A stretch of 64,000 nt of DNA from an uncultured Gammaproteobacteria bacterium (GTDB lineage Bacteria > Pseudomonadota > Gammaproteobacteria > Magnimaribacterales > D2472). The first letter of the stretch is position 1. Each line of letters opens with the position of its first letter. A model generated the notes under the pieces. That model was not told the DNA's origin. It saw only the letters and a list, made by a program, of their open reading frames with translations, and searched no databases. Below, in pieces: positions 39,778 through 48,731 of this stretch. The stretch is taken from positions 9,319 through 73,318 of the forward strand of contig CAZJJG010000001.1 in assembly GCA_964546275.1 (NCBI GenBank), read 5' to 3'. The position numbers and the translations under genes are program-made.

Positions 39778-41133
39778 TTAGTTATTTAAATGGTCAGCTG
39801 AATAATCTGAAACTAAATTAATAAAGCTCTTAACTCCACTATCTAGGGCTGAATCATGAACAACAAAATATGGAGTATGGTTGCCTGGAGCAACTGCTAC
39901 ATTTTCTTTATTAACTCCAAGAAAAAAATATAATCCAGGAACTTCTTGTGCAAAAAATGCGAAATCTTCAGCTCCTGTAGATGCAGATATATCAGAAGTA
40001 AACAAGCCATCAGATGCTTCAATGAGTGATTTAGAATAGTTTTTTACTAGATCAGGGTTATTAACAGTAACTGGATAAGATCCGTATATTGCAAAATCTA
40101 CAGTTGCTTCAACATTATGAGCTTTTGCTATGTTTGTTGCTATTGTTCTCATCTCTTTATGAATGAGATCAGATATCTCTTTTTTAAAAGTTCTTATGGT
40201 TCCCTCAAGCATTGCTGTTTCGGGAATAATATTATTTCTTGATCCGGCTTTAACTATACCAACTGAGATAACAGCTGGATTTTCTCTTATATCTATTCGT
40301 CTGCTTATTATAGTTTGAAGGCTCGTGCCTATGTCAAAAGCTGCCATTATTGGATCATTCGAAGACCACGGAGTTGAACCATGTGATTGTGTGCCTGTAA
40401 TATTTATTCTAAAAGCTTCAGCAGAAGCCATGGCTGGACCTGCTTTAACTGCTATTGCTCCGTTATACGAATTTGTTACATGCATACCAAAAACAACATC
40501 AGGTCTTTCATCGAATATACCTTCCTTTAACATCAGCTCAGCACCTCCCTCTTCGCCTTCTGGCGGACCTTCTTCAGCAGGTTGAAATATTAATAAGATG
40601 TCTCCATGAAGCTTATCTGTATTTCTAGAGAGAAAATCAGCAACGCCTAGCAAGACTGCAATATGTGCATCGTGACCGCACGCATGCATAACTCCAACTT
40701 CATTTCCTTGATATTGTGTAGTTTCAATTGAAGCAAATGGAAGATTAGTCATTTCTGTAACAGGAAGACCATCAATATCTGCTCTTAATGCCATGAGTGG
40801 ACCTGGATGTTCTCCTCTTATGTAAGCAGTTAATCCTGTATAAGCAATACCTGTATTAACTTCTAACCCAAGATCTGTAAGTAATTCAGCAATATATTTA
40901 GATGTTTTAAATTCTCTATTGCCAAGTTCTGGGTACTGGTGAAAGTGATGACGCCATTTAATAATTTTAGTCATTAACCCATCTATATCTTGAGAAAGAG
41001 CTTCTTTTAATGGGCTAGTTGTACTTTTTGTATTATTTGATGCAATTGCCTCAGGATCCATGCTCATAAGTTGAGCAGATGCTGGCAATAAGCTAAATGT
41101 TAACAAGAAACAGAATATGTGTAATATTTTCAT
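39778..41133 (-). CDS. Secreted M20-family amidohydrolase (aminoacylase / hippurate-hydrolase-like)
   Basis: Signal peptide, 'ALRADIDGLP', 'MHACGHDAH' and 'FQPAEEG'. Confidence 0.8.
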   Translation of the reverse strand: MKILHIFCFLLTFSLLPASAQLMSMDPEAIASNNTKSTTSPLKEALSQDIDGLMTKIIKWRHHFHQYPELGNREFKTSKYIAELLTDLGLEVNTGIAYTGLTAYIRGEHPGPLMALRADIDGLPVTEMTNLPFASIETTQYQGNEVGVMHACGHDAHIAVLLGVADFLSRNTDKLHGDILLIFQPAEEGPPEGEEGGAELMLKEGIFDERPDVVFGMHVTNSYNGAIAVKAGPAMASAEAFRINITGTQSHGSTPWSSNDPIMAAFDIGTSLQTIISRRIDIRENPAVISVGIVKAGSRNNIIPETAMLEGTIRTFKKEISDLIHKEMRTIATNIAKAHNVEATVDFAIYGSYPVTVNNPDLVKNYSKSLIEASDGLFTSDISASTGAEDFAFFAQEVPGLYFFLGVNKENVAVAPGNHTPYFVVHDSALDSGVKSFINLVSDYSADHLNN

Positions 41134-41161
41134 AACTATACTAATTTATAAGAAAAGAGAC

Positions 41162-41926
41162 TTAATATCTATATATATCATCCTTTTTTAAGAGTACTAG
41201 GGATTCAGCATTATTGGATAAATTAGTATCATCTTTATACCCACTTATTAAAATAATGGGCTGTTGTTCATTACATTGTCCCATTAATATAGATGCAGCT
41301 GCGGCAAGCTCATCGCCAATAGCTATTTCTGTTGTCATTAAGACATTGCCATGCATATCTATTGCACCTTTTTTATCTAATAAACAATTTATATTTGAGC
41401 TACCTATAGCAAAACCCGTTATTCCATATCTTTGAGGTCGCGTCATTGAGTCACTAATAATAACGTTAACATTAAGGTCTAATCTTTTGCTTAAATTATT
41501 ACTAATTGTAAGTGCTGATTTGTTCGGATCTTCAGGCAGCAACAGAACCTGTTTCTTATTATCTTTAATATTAGAAATATCAATTCCAGCATTTATATTT
41601 GTAAATCCTAGTTTATGCTCAGTTATTAAAATATTGTTTTCAGAACTTAAAATCTGATTTGATTCATTTAAAACTACTTGAATGAATTCTGCTGATTTAT
41701 TTACTGTTTTAGCAAGGATTGATGCTTCTGCAGATACTTCTACGTTAGATAATTTTACATATCTATCTTCAGACTTAGATATGATCTTTTGAGCAATAAC
41801 AAAGATATCTCCATCCTTTACTAGCAACTCATCATTAGAAATATTTTGGATTATCAATTCTGTTAAATCTGTTCCAGGATCAATTTCAGGAATATTTAAT
41901 AATGCTGTTAATGATAATGAATTCAT
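41162..41926 (-). CDS. CofE-like (F420-0:gamma-glutamyl ligase family) protein
   Basis: 'DGDIFVIAQKIISKSEDR' and 'GFTNINAGIDISN...LLPEDPN', with a Gly/Asp-rich C-terminal half typical of the CofE fold. I use the internal ATG 41926; the longest ORF reaches 41971 and overlaps the upstream gene. Confidence 0.55.
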   Translation of the reverse strand: MNSLSLTALLNIPEIDPGTDLTELIIQNISNDELLVKDGDIFVIAQKIISKSEDRYVKLSNVEVSAEASILAKTVNKSAEFIQVVLNESNQILSSENNILITEHKLGFTNINAGIDISNIKDNKKQVLLLPEDPNKSALTISNNLSKRLDLNVNVIISDSMTRPQRYGITGFAIGSSNINCLLDKKGAIDMHGNVLMTTEIAIGDELAAAASILMGQCNEQQPIILISGYKDDTNLSNNAESLVLLKKDDIYRY

Positions 41927-41930
41927 GGAA

Positions 41931-43235
41931 TTAGACTTTATATTTATATTGCTTAATAAGAAGCGCAGCAAGGCTGTAACAAATTATTGGAATAAATATG
42001 TATAAATTCCATAATAAATCTAAACTTTCACTTGTATTATTTAAACCTAACACTGGATCAAAAACTGAAAAGAGTCCAAGTATTAAGTAAGGAATTGACG
42101 CAGCAAATGCATTACCAAATTTTAAAAATAATGTAAAAAATGAGTACATTGAAGCTGATCTATCTTGTCCATAAAACTCTTTATCTTGTTTTGCTAAGTC
42201 AGCAACCATAGCTACTATTAGTGGATTAACTCCTGCATATGCAACGCCAATGCTAACAAATGCAATAGATGATCCAATAAGCATATATTGTGGATTATCT
42301 ATTAAGTAATACTCCCAACCTAAATAAGCAATAAATGACATGATTGCGACATACACAGAGCATATAAAGGCAGCTTCATGTTTAGATTTTCTTAAGGCTA
42401 GCTTTCTCCAAATCTGTAAACCGCAAATAGCTGAAAAGAAATATAATAAAATCATTCTTGCACTATATTCAGGCAGATTTAAAACATAATCTATTACAAA
42501 TAATGCAGTTGCTCCTTGCGCTCCTTGAGCTAATACAACTAAAACGCCAGCACTAACCACAATCTTTAAATTTTTATTGTAGAAGAATGCTTTAAAAACT
42601 TTAAATGGATGCAAAACCTCTGCCGAGACTTCTTTAGAGTCTGGGACTTTGATAAGAGCAGTTGAAACGATAACCGGCAGAAGTATCAATACAAAGATAC
42701 CTATCGCTAATATTTTTGTTTCAATAGGAGCATTAAAATATATTTCAACAAATGCTGGTATAGCTAATACAAATAAACTAAAGAAAACATTTACAGCTTC
42801 TCTTAAAGTTAATAAATTTGTTTTATCATCATATGAAGGAGCTAAAAAAACACTCCATGATAATTGCGTAATCCCACTTAATGTAAATCCTGTATACAGC
42901 AAAAATAGACTAAAAAAGAAATACCAGCCAGAAGGGTTCGTATTGATTGGGAAATACAATAAGACTGTTGAAACCATTAATATTGGGAGTGATAAGGCAA
43001 TCCAATGTTTATGTTTACCCCATCTTGAGGGATATCTATCGATAAGGGTTCCCATAATAGGATCTGTGAATAGATCTAAAACTCGACCTAAGATAAAAAT
43101 AGAACCTACAGTCGTTAATCCCATTCCTAAATTTGTAGCAAAATATGGAAGAACATATACAACAATTGGCATGGCTGCTGCTGCTCCACTAAAATTTAGA
43201 AGAGCATAAAAAACTTTAGAAGACCTTGAAATCAT
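41931..43235 (-). CDS. GPH-family (MelB/YihO-like) MFS cation symporter
   Basis: 12-TM pattern and the GPH loop motif 'GRVLDLFTDPIMGTLIDR'. Confidence 0.7.
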   Translation of the reverse strand: MISRSSKVFYALLNFSGAAAAMPIVVYVLPYFATNLGMGLTTVGSIFILGRVLDLFTDPIMGTLIDRYPSRWGKHKHWIALSLPILMVSTVLLYFPINTNPSGWYFFFSLFLLYTGFTLSGITQLSWSVFLAPSYDDKTNLLTLREAVNVFFSLFVLAIPAFVEIYFNAPIETKILAIGIFVLILLPVIVSTALIKVPDSKEVSAEVLHPFKVFKAFFYNKNLKIVVSAGVLVVLAQGAQGATALFVIDYVLNLPEYSARMILLYFFSAICGLQIWRKLALRKSKHEAAFICSVYVAIMSFIAYLGWEYYLIDNPQYMLIGSSIAFVSIGVAYAGVNPLIVAMVADLAKQDKEFYGQDRSASMYSFFTLFLKFGNAFAASIPYLILGLFSVFDPVLGLNNTSESLDLLWNLYIFIPIICYSLAALLIKQYKYKV

Positions 43236-43288
43236 CGAACAACCATAACATAACTTTTATAAATTCATGTCTAATGTATAATCAAAAA

Positions 43289-43462
43289 ATGAGTACATTT
43301 GATACCAAAATTTTAGAAGTTTTAGTTTGTCCAAAAACTAAAAAACCTCTTACATACAATAAAGAAACTCAAGAATTAATTAATGAAGATAATTCTTTAG
43401 CCTATCCTATTAAAGATGACATTCCTGTTATGTTGATAGAAGAAGCTAGAACTATTTCGTAA
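43289..43462 (+). CDS. Trm112/YcaR-family small zinc-ribbon-like protein
   Basis: 'ILEVLVCPKTKKPL...AYPIKDDIPVMLIEEAR'. I use the internal ATG at 43289 rather than the ORF-track start at 43226. Confidence 0.7.
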   Translation: MSTFDTKILEVLVCPKTKKPLTYNKETQELINEDNSLAYPIKDDIPVMLIEEARTIS

Positions 43463-43489
43463 AGATTAAGAATAAACTATTTAATACAA

Positions 43490-43566
43490 GCGCCCGTAGC
43501 TCAGCTGGATAGAGTACTTGGCTACGAACCAAGGGGTCGGGAGTTCGAATCTCTCCGGGCGCGCCA
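43490..43566 (+). tRNA. tRNA-Arg (anticodon ACG)
   Basis: 77 nt and folds as a cloverleaf by hand: acceptor GCGCCCG/CGGGCGC, anticodon stem CTTGG/CCAAG, loop CT-ACG-AA, T-arm GGGAG-TTCGAAT-CTCTC, encoded CCA. Very similar to E. coli tRNA-Arg(ACG). Confidence 0.9.
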
Positions 43567-43588
43567 CTTAAACATTTAAAACGTCTAA

Positions 43589-44002
43589 TTATGCTTCCTT
43601 GTTGGGATTCCAAATTGTTAAGTTTTTAGTCTTAATTCTGTTGACTACTAGCTTATATCGAGATTGTTCTGCTTTCCATTCTTCCAACCATTTAGCTCCA
43701 TCACGTTCTGCATCAACAAAGATTGCATTAGTAAATGCTAACGGGATTAGTATTGCGGTATGTATAACAATGCTAGCAACAGTATTGTATCCAAATAAGC
43801 CTAGATAGTTTGCTGCTATAAAACCAAAGAATACACTCCAAATAGTAAATAAAACTAACATAAAATAAGTTTGTAGACTTGGGTCTGGTATATGTTTTAG
43901 TGGATTGTATTTAACATCCATTACTCTTCTCCAACCATTAACAAGTGACATTACTGTTCTTCTAAAAAGACTAGGTTTCTTCATTATTGGTTTAATACTC
44001 AT
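43589..44002 (-). CDS. Hypothetical membrane protein (2 TM, basic N-terminus, amphipathic C-terminus)
   Basis: Hydrophobic helices 'YFMLVLFTIWSVFFGFIAANYLGLF' and 'ASIVIHTAILIPLAFTNAIFV'. No family recognised. Confidence 0.4.
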   Translation of the reverse strand: MSIKPIMKKPSLFRRTVMSLVNGWRRVMDVKYNPLKHIPDPSLQTYFMLVLFTIWSVFFGFIAANYLGLFGYNTVASIVIHTAILIPLAFTNAIFVDAERDGAKWLEEWKAEQSRYKLVVNRIKTKNLTIWNPNKEA

Positions 44003-44010
44003 TTTTTCTC

Positions 44011-44106
44011 CTATTCAACATTATTTCGTATGTATTCTTTTAGAACATGCATACCATATGATAGCCATGTTACAACTATTAAACTCCAAAACAACATTTT
44101 TATCAT
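44011..44106 (-). CDS. Candidate 31-aa hydrophobic micro-protein (MIKMLFWSLIVVTWLSYGMHVLKEYIRNNVE)
   Basis: ATG-to-TAG frame found by hand. Its stop lies within TAGGAG, which provides the AGGAG Shine-Dalgarno 6 nt upstream of the ATG of the 43589..44002 gene. Confidence 0.25.
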   Translation of the reverse strand: MIKMLFWSLIVVTWLSYGMHVLKEYIRNNVE

Positions 44107-44198
44107 AGATTCTTATTCCTTAACGTCCAAGAAGTAGATACGACCTTTTTTTTCAATCATATTCACAAAGGATTTATTTTTTTAACTTCGTATCAAAA

Positions 44199-46061
44199 TT
44201 AACTCAGCGAATCTAACTCTGAAACCTTATCAAGCCATTGCTGATCTACAACTTCTACTTCATTTGATAGCTCTAACTGATTTCTGATTAGATCTTGCAG
44301 ATTATCTTTTAAGTCATCTGTATAAAGTTCTGGATCAGCTAATTTTAAATTTGCTTCAGCTAGTTTATTATTTAATCTTAATAATCTTTTTTCTAGTTTA
44401 GAAATTTCAATATTAAGATTTTTAATTATCTTGGTATTATCTTTAGCTTCAAAGGGTTTTTTATTGTTATTTTTTGAAACTTTAATTTTTACTGATTTAA
44501 TGTCTAATATATAATTTTTATAATCATCGAGATCTCCATCAAAAATTTCCAATGCACCTTTATCAACTAGATAAAACGAATCAACAGAACTGCTTAATAA
44601 ATGTCTATCATGTGAAATAAGTAGAATTGCACCCTTGAATGTTTGCAATGCTATAGTTAAAGCATGCCTCATCTCCATATCCAAATGGTTTGTGGGCTCA
44701 TCCATCAAAAGGATATTAGGTTTTTGATATGCAATAATTGCAAAAGCTAGCCTAGCTTTTTCACCGCCCGAAAAGAGCTTAATAGTATCTTTAACTTTAT
44801 CACCCCTAAAATCAAAGCCGCCTAAATAAGTCCTAATCTGTTTCTCGGTTTTAGATTCATCTAAGCGTTGAATGTGTTGAAATGCAGATATTGTAAGATC
44901 TAAATCATCAACTTGATGTTGTGAAAAATAACCCACTTTAAAATTGCCACCTACTTTTCTTTCTCCATCAATAACTTTTAAATTACCCACTATGCTCTTA
45001 ATAAGAGTAGATTTACCAGCACCGTTTGGCCCTAATAGACCGATTCGGTCTCCGGGACAAATTGTAATATTAATATTTGATAATATTGGTTCTTCATATC
45101 CAAGAAATGAATTTTCTAATGTGACTAGTGGATTTGATATTTTTTCAGTCTCTGGAATAGTAAAGCTAAAAGGTGAGTCAATATGAGCCGGAGCTATCAG
45201 CTCCATTTTCTCTAAAGCCTTAACTCTGCTTTGTGCTTGCCTAGCCTTAGTTGCTTTTGCTTTAAAACGATTAATAAAGCTCTGCATATGAGCAACTTGC
45301 TTTTGCTGCTTTATAAAATTACTTTGAATTTCAGCCATTCTTTCAGCTCTAATAATTTCAAATTGTGAATAATTGCCAGGATAAAGTTCTATAGTTTTAC
45401 GATAAAGATGGGCAATTGAAGTAACGCAATCATCCAGAAACTCTCTATCATGAGAAATAAGAATTAAGGCTCCTTTAAATGACTTGATCCAATTAGCTAA
45501 CCATAAAATAGCATCAAGATCTAAGTGATTAGTTGGCTCATCAAGTAACATCAGATCCGAAGGCTGCATTAATGTTTTTGCTAAATTAAGCCTTACGCGC
45601 CAACCTCCTGAGAAATCATTTAAAGGCTTACTAAAATCATCAGCCTGAAAGCCTAAACCAACCATTAATTGTTCTGCTTTAGATTTTGCAGAATAACCAT
45701 CTAGAGATGTGTAAGTTTCATATAACTCACCAAGTATTTCAAATTGTTCATTTTTTTCTGCTTGAGCAATTTCTTCTTGAATTTCTATAAGCCTATGATC
45801 CCCTGATAAAACATAATCTAAAGCAATTTCATCAGATCCAGGAACTTCTTGAGCTAGATAAGATATTCTTAGGCTTGAGGGGTAACTTAAAGAGCTACTA
45901 TCAACTTCCATTTCTCTGGTAATAACTTTAAACAGACTTGTTTTACCAGTGCCGTTTGCGCCAACTAATCCAACTTTTTGTTGTTGATGAATAGTCAAAG
46001 AGACATCATCAAATAATGTGATGCCACCGAGAACTAGTTCTAAATTATTAAATGAAATCAT
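44199..46061 (-). CDS. ABC-F family ATPase (YheS/Uup-like, two ABC domains, coiled-coil C-terminus)
   Basis: Two Walker A motifs ('GANGTGKTS', 'GPNGAGKST'), two signatures ('FSGGWRVR', 'FSGGEKAR'), and no TM domain. Internal ATG 46061 (MISFNNLEL...) chosen. Confidence 0.85.
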   Translation of the reverse strand: MISFNNLELVLGGITLFDDVSLTIHQQQKVGLVGANGTGKTSLFKVITREMEVDSSSLSYPSSLRISYLAQEVPGSDEIALDYVLSGDHRLIEIQEEIAQAEKNEQFEILGELYETYTSLDGYSAKSKAEQLMVGLGFQADDFSKPLNDFSGGWRVRLNLAKTLMQPSDLMLLDEPTNHLDLDAILWLANWIKSFKGALILISHDREFLDDCVTSIAHLYRKTIELYPGNYSQFEIIRAERMAEIQSNFIKQQKQVAHMQSFINRFKAKATKARQAQSRVKALEKMELIAPAHIDSPFSFTIPETEKISNPLVTLENSFLGYEEPILSNINITICPGDRIGLLGPNGAGKSTLIKSIVGNLKVIDGERKVGGNFKVGYFSQHQVDDLDLTISAFQHIQRLDESKTEKQIRTYLGGFDFRGDKVKDTIKLFSGGEKARLAFAIIAYQKPNILLMDEPTNHLDMEMRHALTIALQTFKGAILLISHDRHLLSSSVDSFYLVDKGALEIFDGDLDDYKNYILDIKSVKIKVSKNNNKKPFEAKDNTKIIKNLNIEISKLEKRLLRLNNKLAEANLKLADPELYTDDLKDNLQDLIRNQLELSNEVEVVDQQWLDKVSELDSLS

Positions 46062-46074
46062 TCCTTTAAATTCC

Positions 46075-47304
46075 TTATATTTCTTGTCCTGCAGTAAATG
46101 CAGATGCCCATGCCCATTGAAAATTAAATCCACCAAGATGACCGGTTACATCCAAAACTTCTCCAATAAAATATAGACCATTTTGATTATTTACTTCCAT
46201 TGATTGAGAACTAATATGTTTAGTATCAACGCCGCCCATAGTAACTTCTGCAGTTCTATAACCTTCTGTTGATGATGGTTTAACTTCCCATTTACTTAAT
46301 ACATTTGATACTTCAGATATTTTTTTATTTGACCACTCTCCAATTGATAGCTGAGCTAGGTCAGACCAAAATAAAACCTCTAATTCAGCAACTAATGCCT
46401 TAGGCATTAAATTAGTTAATATAGATCTGAGGAGCAATTTTGGGTGCGTTAATTTAAACTGATTTAAAGTATTTTCAATATCTTTATCAGGAAAGAGATT
46501 AATATTAATAAAATCACCCAAGTTCCAATAACTTGAAATTTGAAGAATAGCAGGTCCGCTTAAGCCTCTATGGGTGAATAATATATCCTCTGTAAAACTT
46601 TTATTATTTGATGAAACTTCAACTCTATGAGAGACGCCTGATAATCTCTCGCATATTGGTTTCATGAAATCGCTAAACATAAAAGGCACTAATCCAGCTC
46701 TTAATTCTGTAACCTCCAGATCAAACTCTTTAGCAAGCTCATAACCAAAAGAGCTACCTCCAAGAGTTGGAACAGATAGAGCTCCTGTTGCAACAACTAG
46801 TTTATTCGTTATAAGACTTAATTCTGAGGTATGTGTTTTGTCTTCAGTTATACAAAGCAATGAATAAGTATTATCAGCATCGTCATACTTAACATTACTT
46901 GCAGTCGAATTCAGTACTATAGTTATATTGTGTTGAGAGCATTCATCTAAAAGCATATTTACAATATCTTTAGATGAATTTGTGCAAAATAGCTGACCAT
47001 GCTTTTTGGTTTCATATTCAATATCATGCTTTTGTACTAGTTTTATAAAATCCTGAGGTGAATATTTACTTAGAGCAGATTTGCAGAAGTGAATATTATT
47101 AGATACAAAATGCTCAGGATTTACCTCATGATTAGTAAAATTACATCTGCCGCCACCTGACATTAGTATTTTTTTACCAACTTTATTTGATTTTTCAATT
47201 ACTAGAATCTTATTACCATTTTTTGCAGCTGTAATAGCACAAAAAAGCCCTGCAGCTCCAGCGCCTAAAATAATTGCATCATATGATTTATCAGGGTTTG
47301 TCAT
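46075..47304 (-). CDS. HI0933/YhiN-family NAD(FAD)-utilising flavoprotein
   Basis: 'YDAIILGAGAAGLFCA', 'KILMSGGGRCNFTN' and 'GEVLDVTG.LGG.N.QWAW.S'. Internal ATG 47304 chosen to avoid a 119-nt overlap with rhlE. Confidence 0.75.
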   Translation of the reverse strand: MTNPDKSYDAIILGAGAAGLFCAITAAKNGNKILVIEKSNKVGKKILMSGGGRCNFTNHEVNPEHFVSNNIHFCKSALSKYSPQDFIKLVQKHDIEYETKKHGQLFCTNSSKDIVNMLLDECSQHNITIVLNSTASNVKYDDADNTYSLLCITEDKTHTSELSLITNKLVVATGALSVPTLGGSSFGYELAKEFDLEVTELRAGLVPFMFSDFMKPICERLSGVSHRVEVSSNNKSFTEDILFTHRGLSGPAILQISSYWNLGDFININLFPDKDIENTLNQFKLTHPKLLLRSILTNLMPKALVAELEVLFWSDLAQLSIGEWSNKKISEVSNVLSKWEVKPSSTEGYRTAEVTMGGVDTKHISSQSMEVNNQNGLYFIGEVLDVTGHLGGFNFQWAWASAFTAGQEI

Positions 47305-47320
47305 AACAACATTGTAAAAA

Positions 47321-48553
47321 CTAACGTCTTCTATTTCTACTTCTACTTCTTTGCTTAAAGCCTCTTTGATTATTAGTCTTCTTTCTAACATTCTCATGAT
47401 TAGTGACTGGAATAGAGTGATCAGGCTCAAAACCATCAACAGTTTTGCGCTCTAACGTCTTATTTAAAAGCTTTTCAATATCTTGCAATAAATTATGCTC
47501 ATCTGCACTAACCAGGGAGATAGCTCTACCTGAATTACCAGCTCGACCAGTTCTACCTATTCTGTGAACATAATCTTTAGCTACGGTTGGAACGTCAAAA
47601 TTAATAACCTGTTCCATGTTTGGTATATCAATACCTCGAGCTGCTACATCTGTTGCAACTAGTATTCGTGTTTTATTGTTTTTGAATGATTCAAGGGCCT
47701 TCATTCTATTATTCTGGGTTTTATTTCCATGAATAGCAGCAGAATTAATATCAGCTTTAATTAATTGCTTTGTTAATCGATCAGCTCCATGCTTGGTTCT
47801 AGTAAAAACTAGAGCTTGTTTCCAGTTTTCTGTTTCAATAAGCTCAATTAATAATTCAGCTTTTCTGGATTTATCAACAGGATGAATATAATGCTCTATA
47901 TTTGCTGCAGTCTCGTTATCAGATGTAACTGAGATTTCTATAGGGTTGTCTACAATCTCATTTGCTAACTTTCTAAATGAATTAGAAAAAGTAGCAGTAA
48001 ACATTAGATTTTGTCTTTTTGCAGGGAGTAAATTTATAATTTTCTTAATATCATGAATAAAACCCATATCAAGCATTTGATCAGCTTCATCTAATACAAA
48101 AATTTCAACTTGATTAAAATTTACAGATTTTTGATTATATAAATCTAACAACCTTCCAGGTGTGGCTACTAAAATATCAACACCTTTTTTCAGTTTAAGT
48201 TGTTGGTTATGAATTCTTGCGCCGCCATAAACTGCGGTTGATCTTAAGTCTGTATTCTTTCCATAAGTAACAATATTATCTCTAACCTGAGCAGCTAATT
48301 CTCTAGTAGGAGTTAGTATAAGCGCTCTTACCTGATGACCTTTATGATTATTTTTAGGATGGGAAAGATTATGAAGAATAGGTAATGTAAAACTTGCGGT
48401 CTTCCCTGTTCCAGTTTGAGCAGCAGCCATAATATCGCTACCTTCTAAAATTGCTGGAATAGATTTTTCCTGAATTGGTGTTGGCTCTTTGTAGCCCTTG
48501 TGTGCAAGAGATTTAAGAATTGGTTCAGATAAACCAAGATTACTAAAAGACAT
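47321..48553 (-). CDS. rhlE: DEAD-box ATP-dependent RNA helicase (RhlE-like) with an Arg-rich tail
   Basis: Q-motif 'PTPIQ', 'AQTGTGKT', 'PTRELA', 'DEAD', 'SAT' and 'HRIGRTGRAG'. Confidence 0.85.
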   Translation of the reverse strand: MSFSNLGLSEPILKSLAHKGYKEPTPIQEKSIPAILEGSDIMAAAQTGTGKTASFTLPILHNLSHPKNNHKGHQVRALILTPTRELAAQVRDNIVTYGKNTDLRSTAVYGGARIHNQQLKLKKGVDILVATPGRLLDLYNQKSVNFNQVEIFVLDEADQMLDMGFIHDIKKIINLLPAKRQNLMFTATFSNSFRKLANEIVDNPIEISVTSDNETAANIEHYIHPVDKSRKAELLIELIETENWKQALVFTRTKHGADRLTKQLIKADINSAAIHGNKTQNNRMKALESFKNNKTRILVATDVAARGIDIPNMEQVINFDVPTVAKDYVHRIGRTGRAGNSGRAISLVSADEHNLLQDIEKLLNKTLERKTVDGFEPDHSIPVTNHENVRKKTNNQRGFKQRSRSRNRRR

Positions 48554-48731
48554 ATATATACGTATAAATTGTTATGTGCAGGTTATAGGGATACCTAGAT
48601 AAGTCAATCTTTATTGATATATAAACATTGATCGATTTGAATGAAGAATTAAAGGTTTAAAGTTCTTTTTATACAACTTTTATAATAGATTTACTAAAAA
48701 ACTACATAACTAAAAAATGCATTGATTTAGA

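Noticed and set aside
42649-43209. 186-aa plus-strand ORF from the ORF track
   Set aside because: It lies entirely antisense to the GPH/MFS transporter, which has a clear family motif and 12-TM pattern. Its K/I/N-rich composition is typical of a shadow frame in AT-rich DNA.
46062-47439. Long N-terminal extensions of the ABC-F (to 46136), YhiN-like (to 47439), CofE-like (to 41971), Trm112 (from 43226) and nudC (to 29960) ORFs
   Set aside because: The extensions overlap neighbouring genes by 40-120 nt and precede the conserved family N-termini. Internal ATGs placed just after the upstream stop give normal-length proteins.
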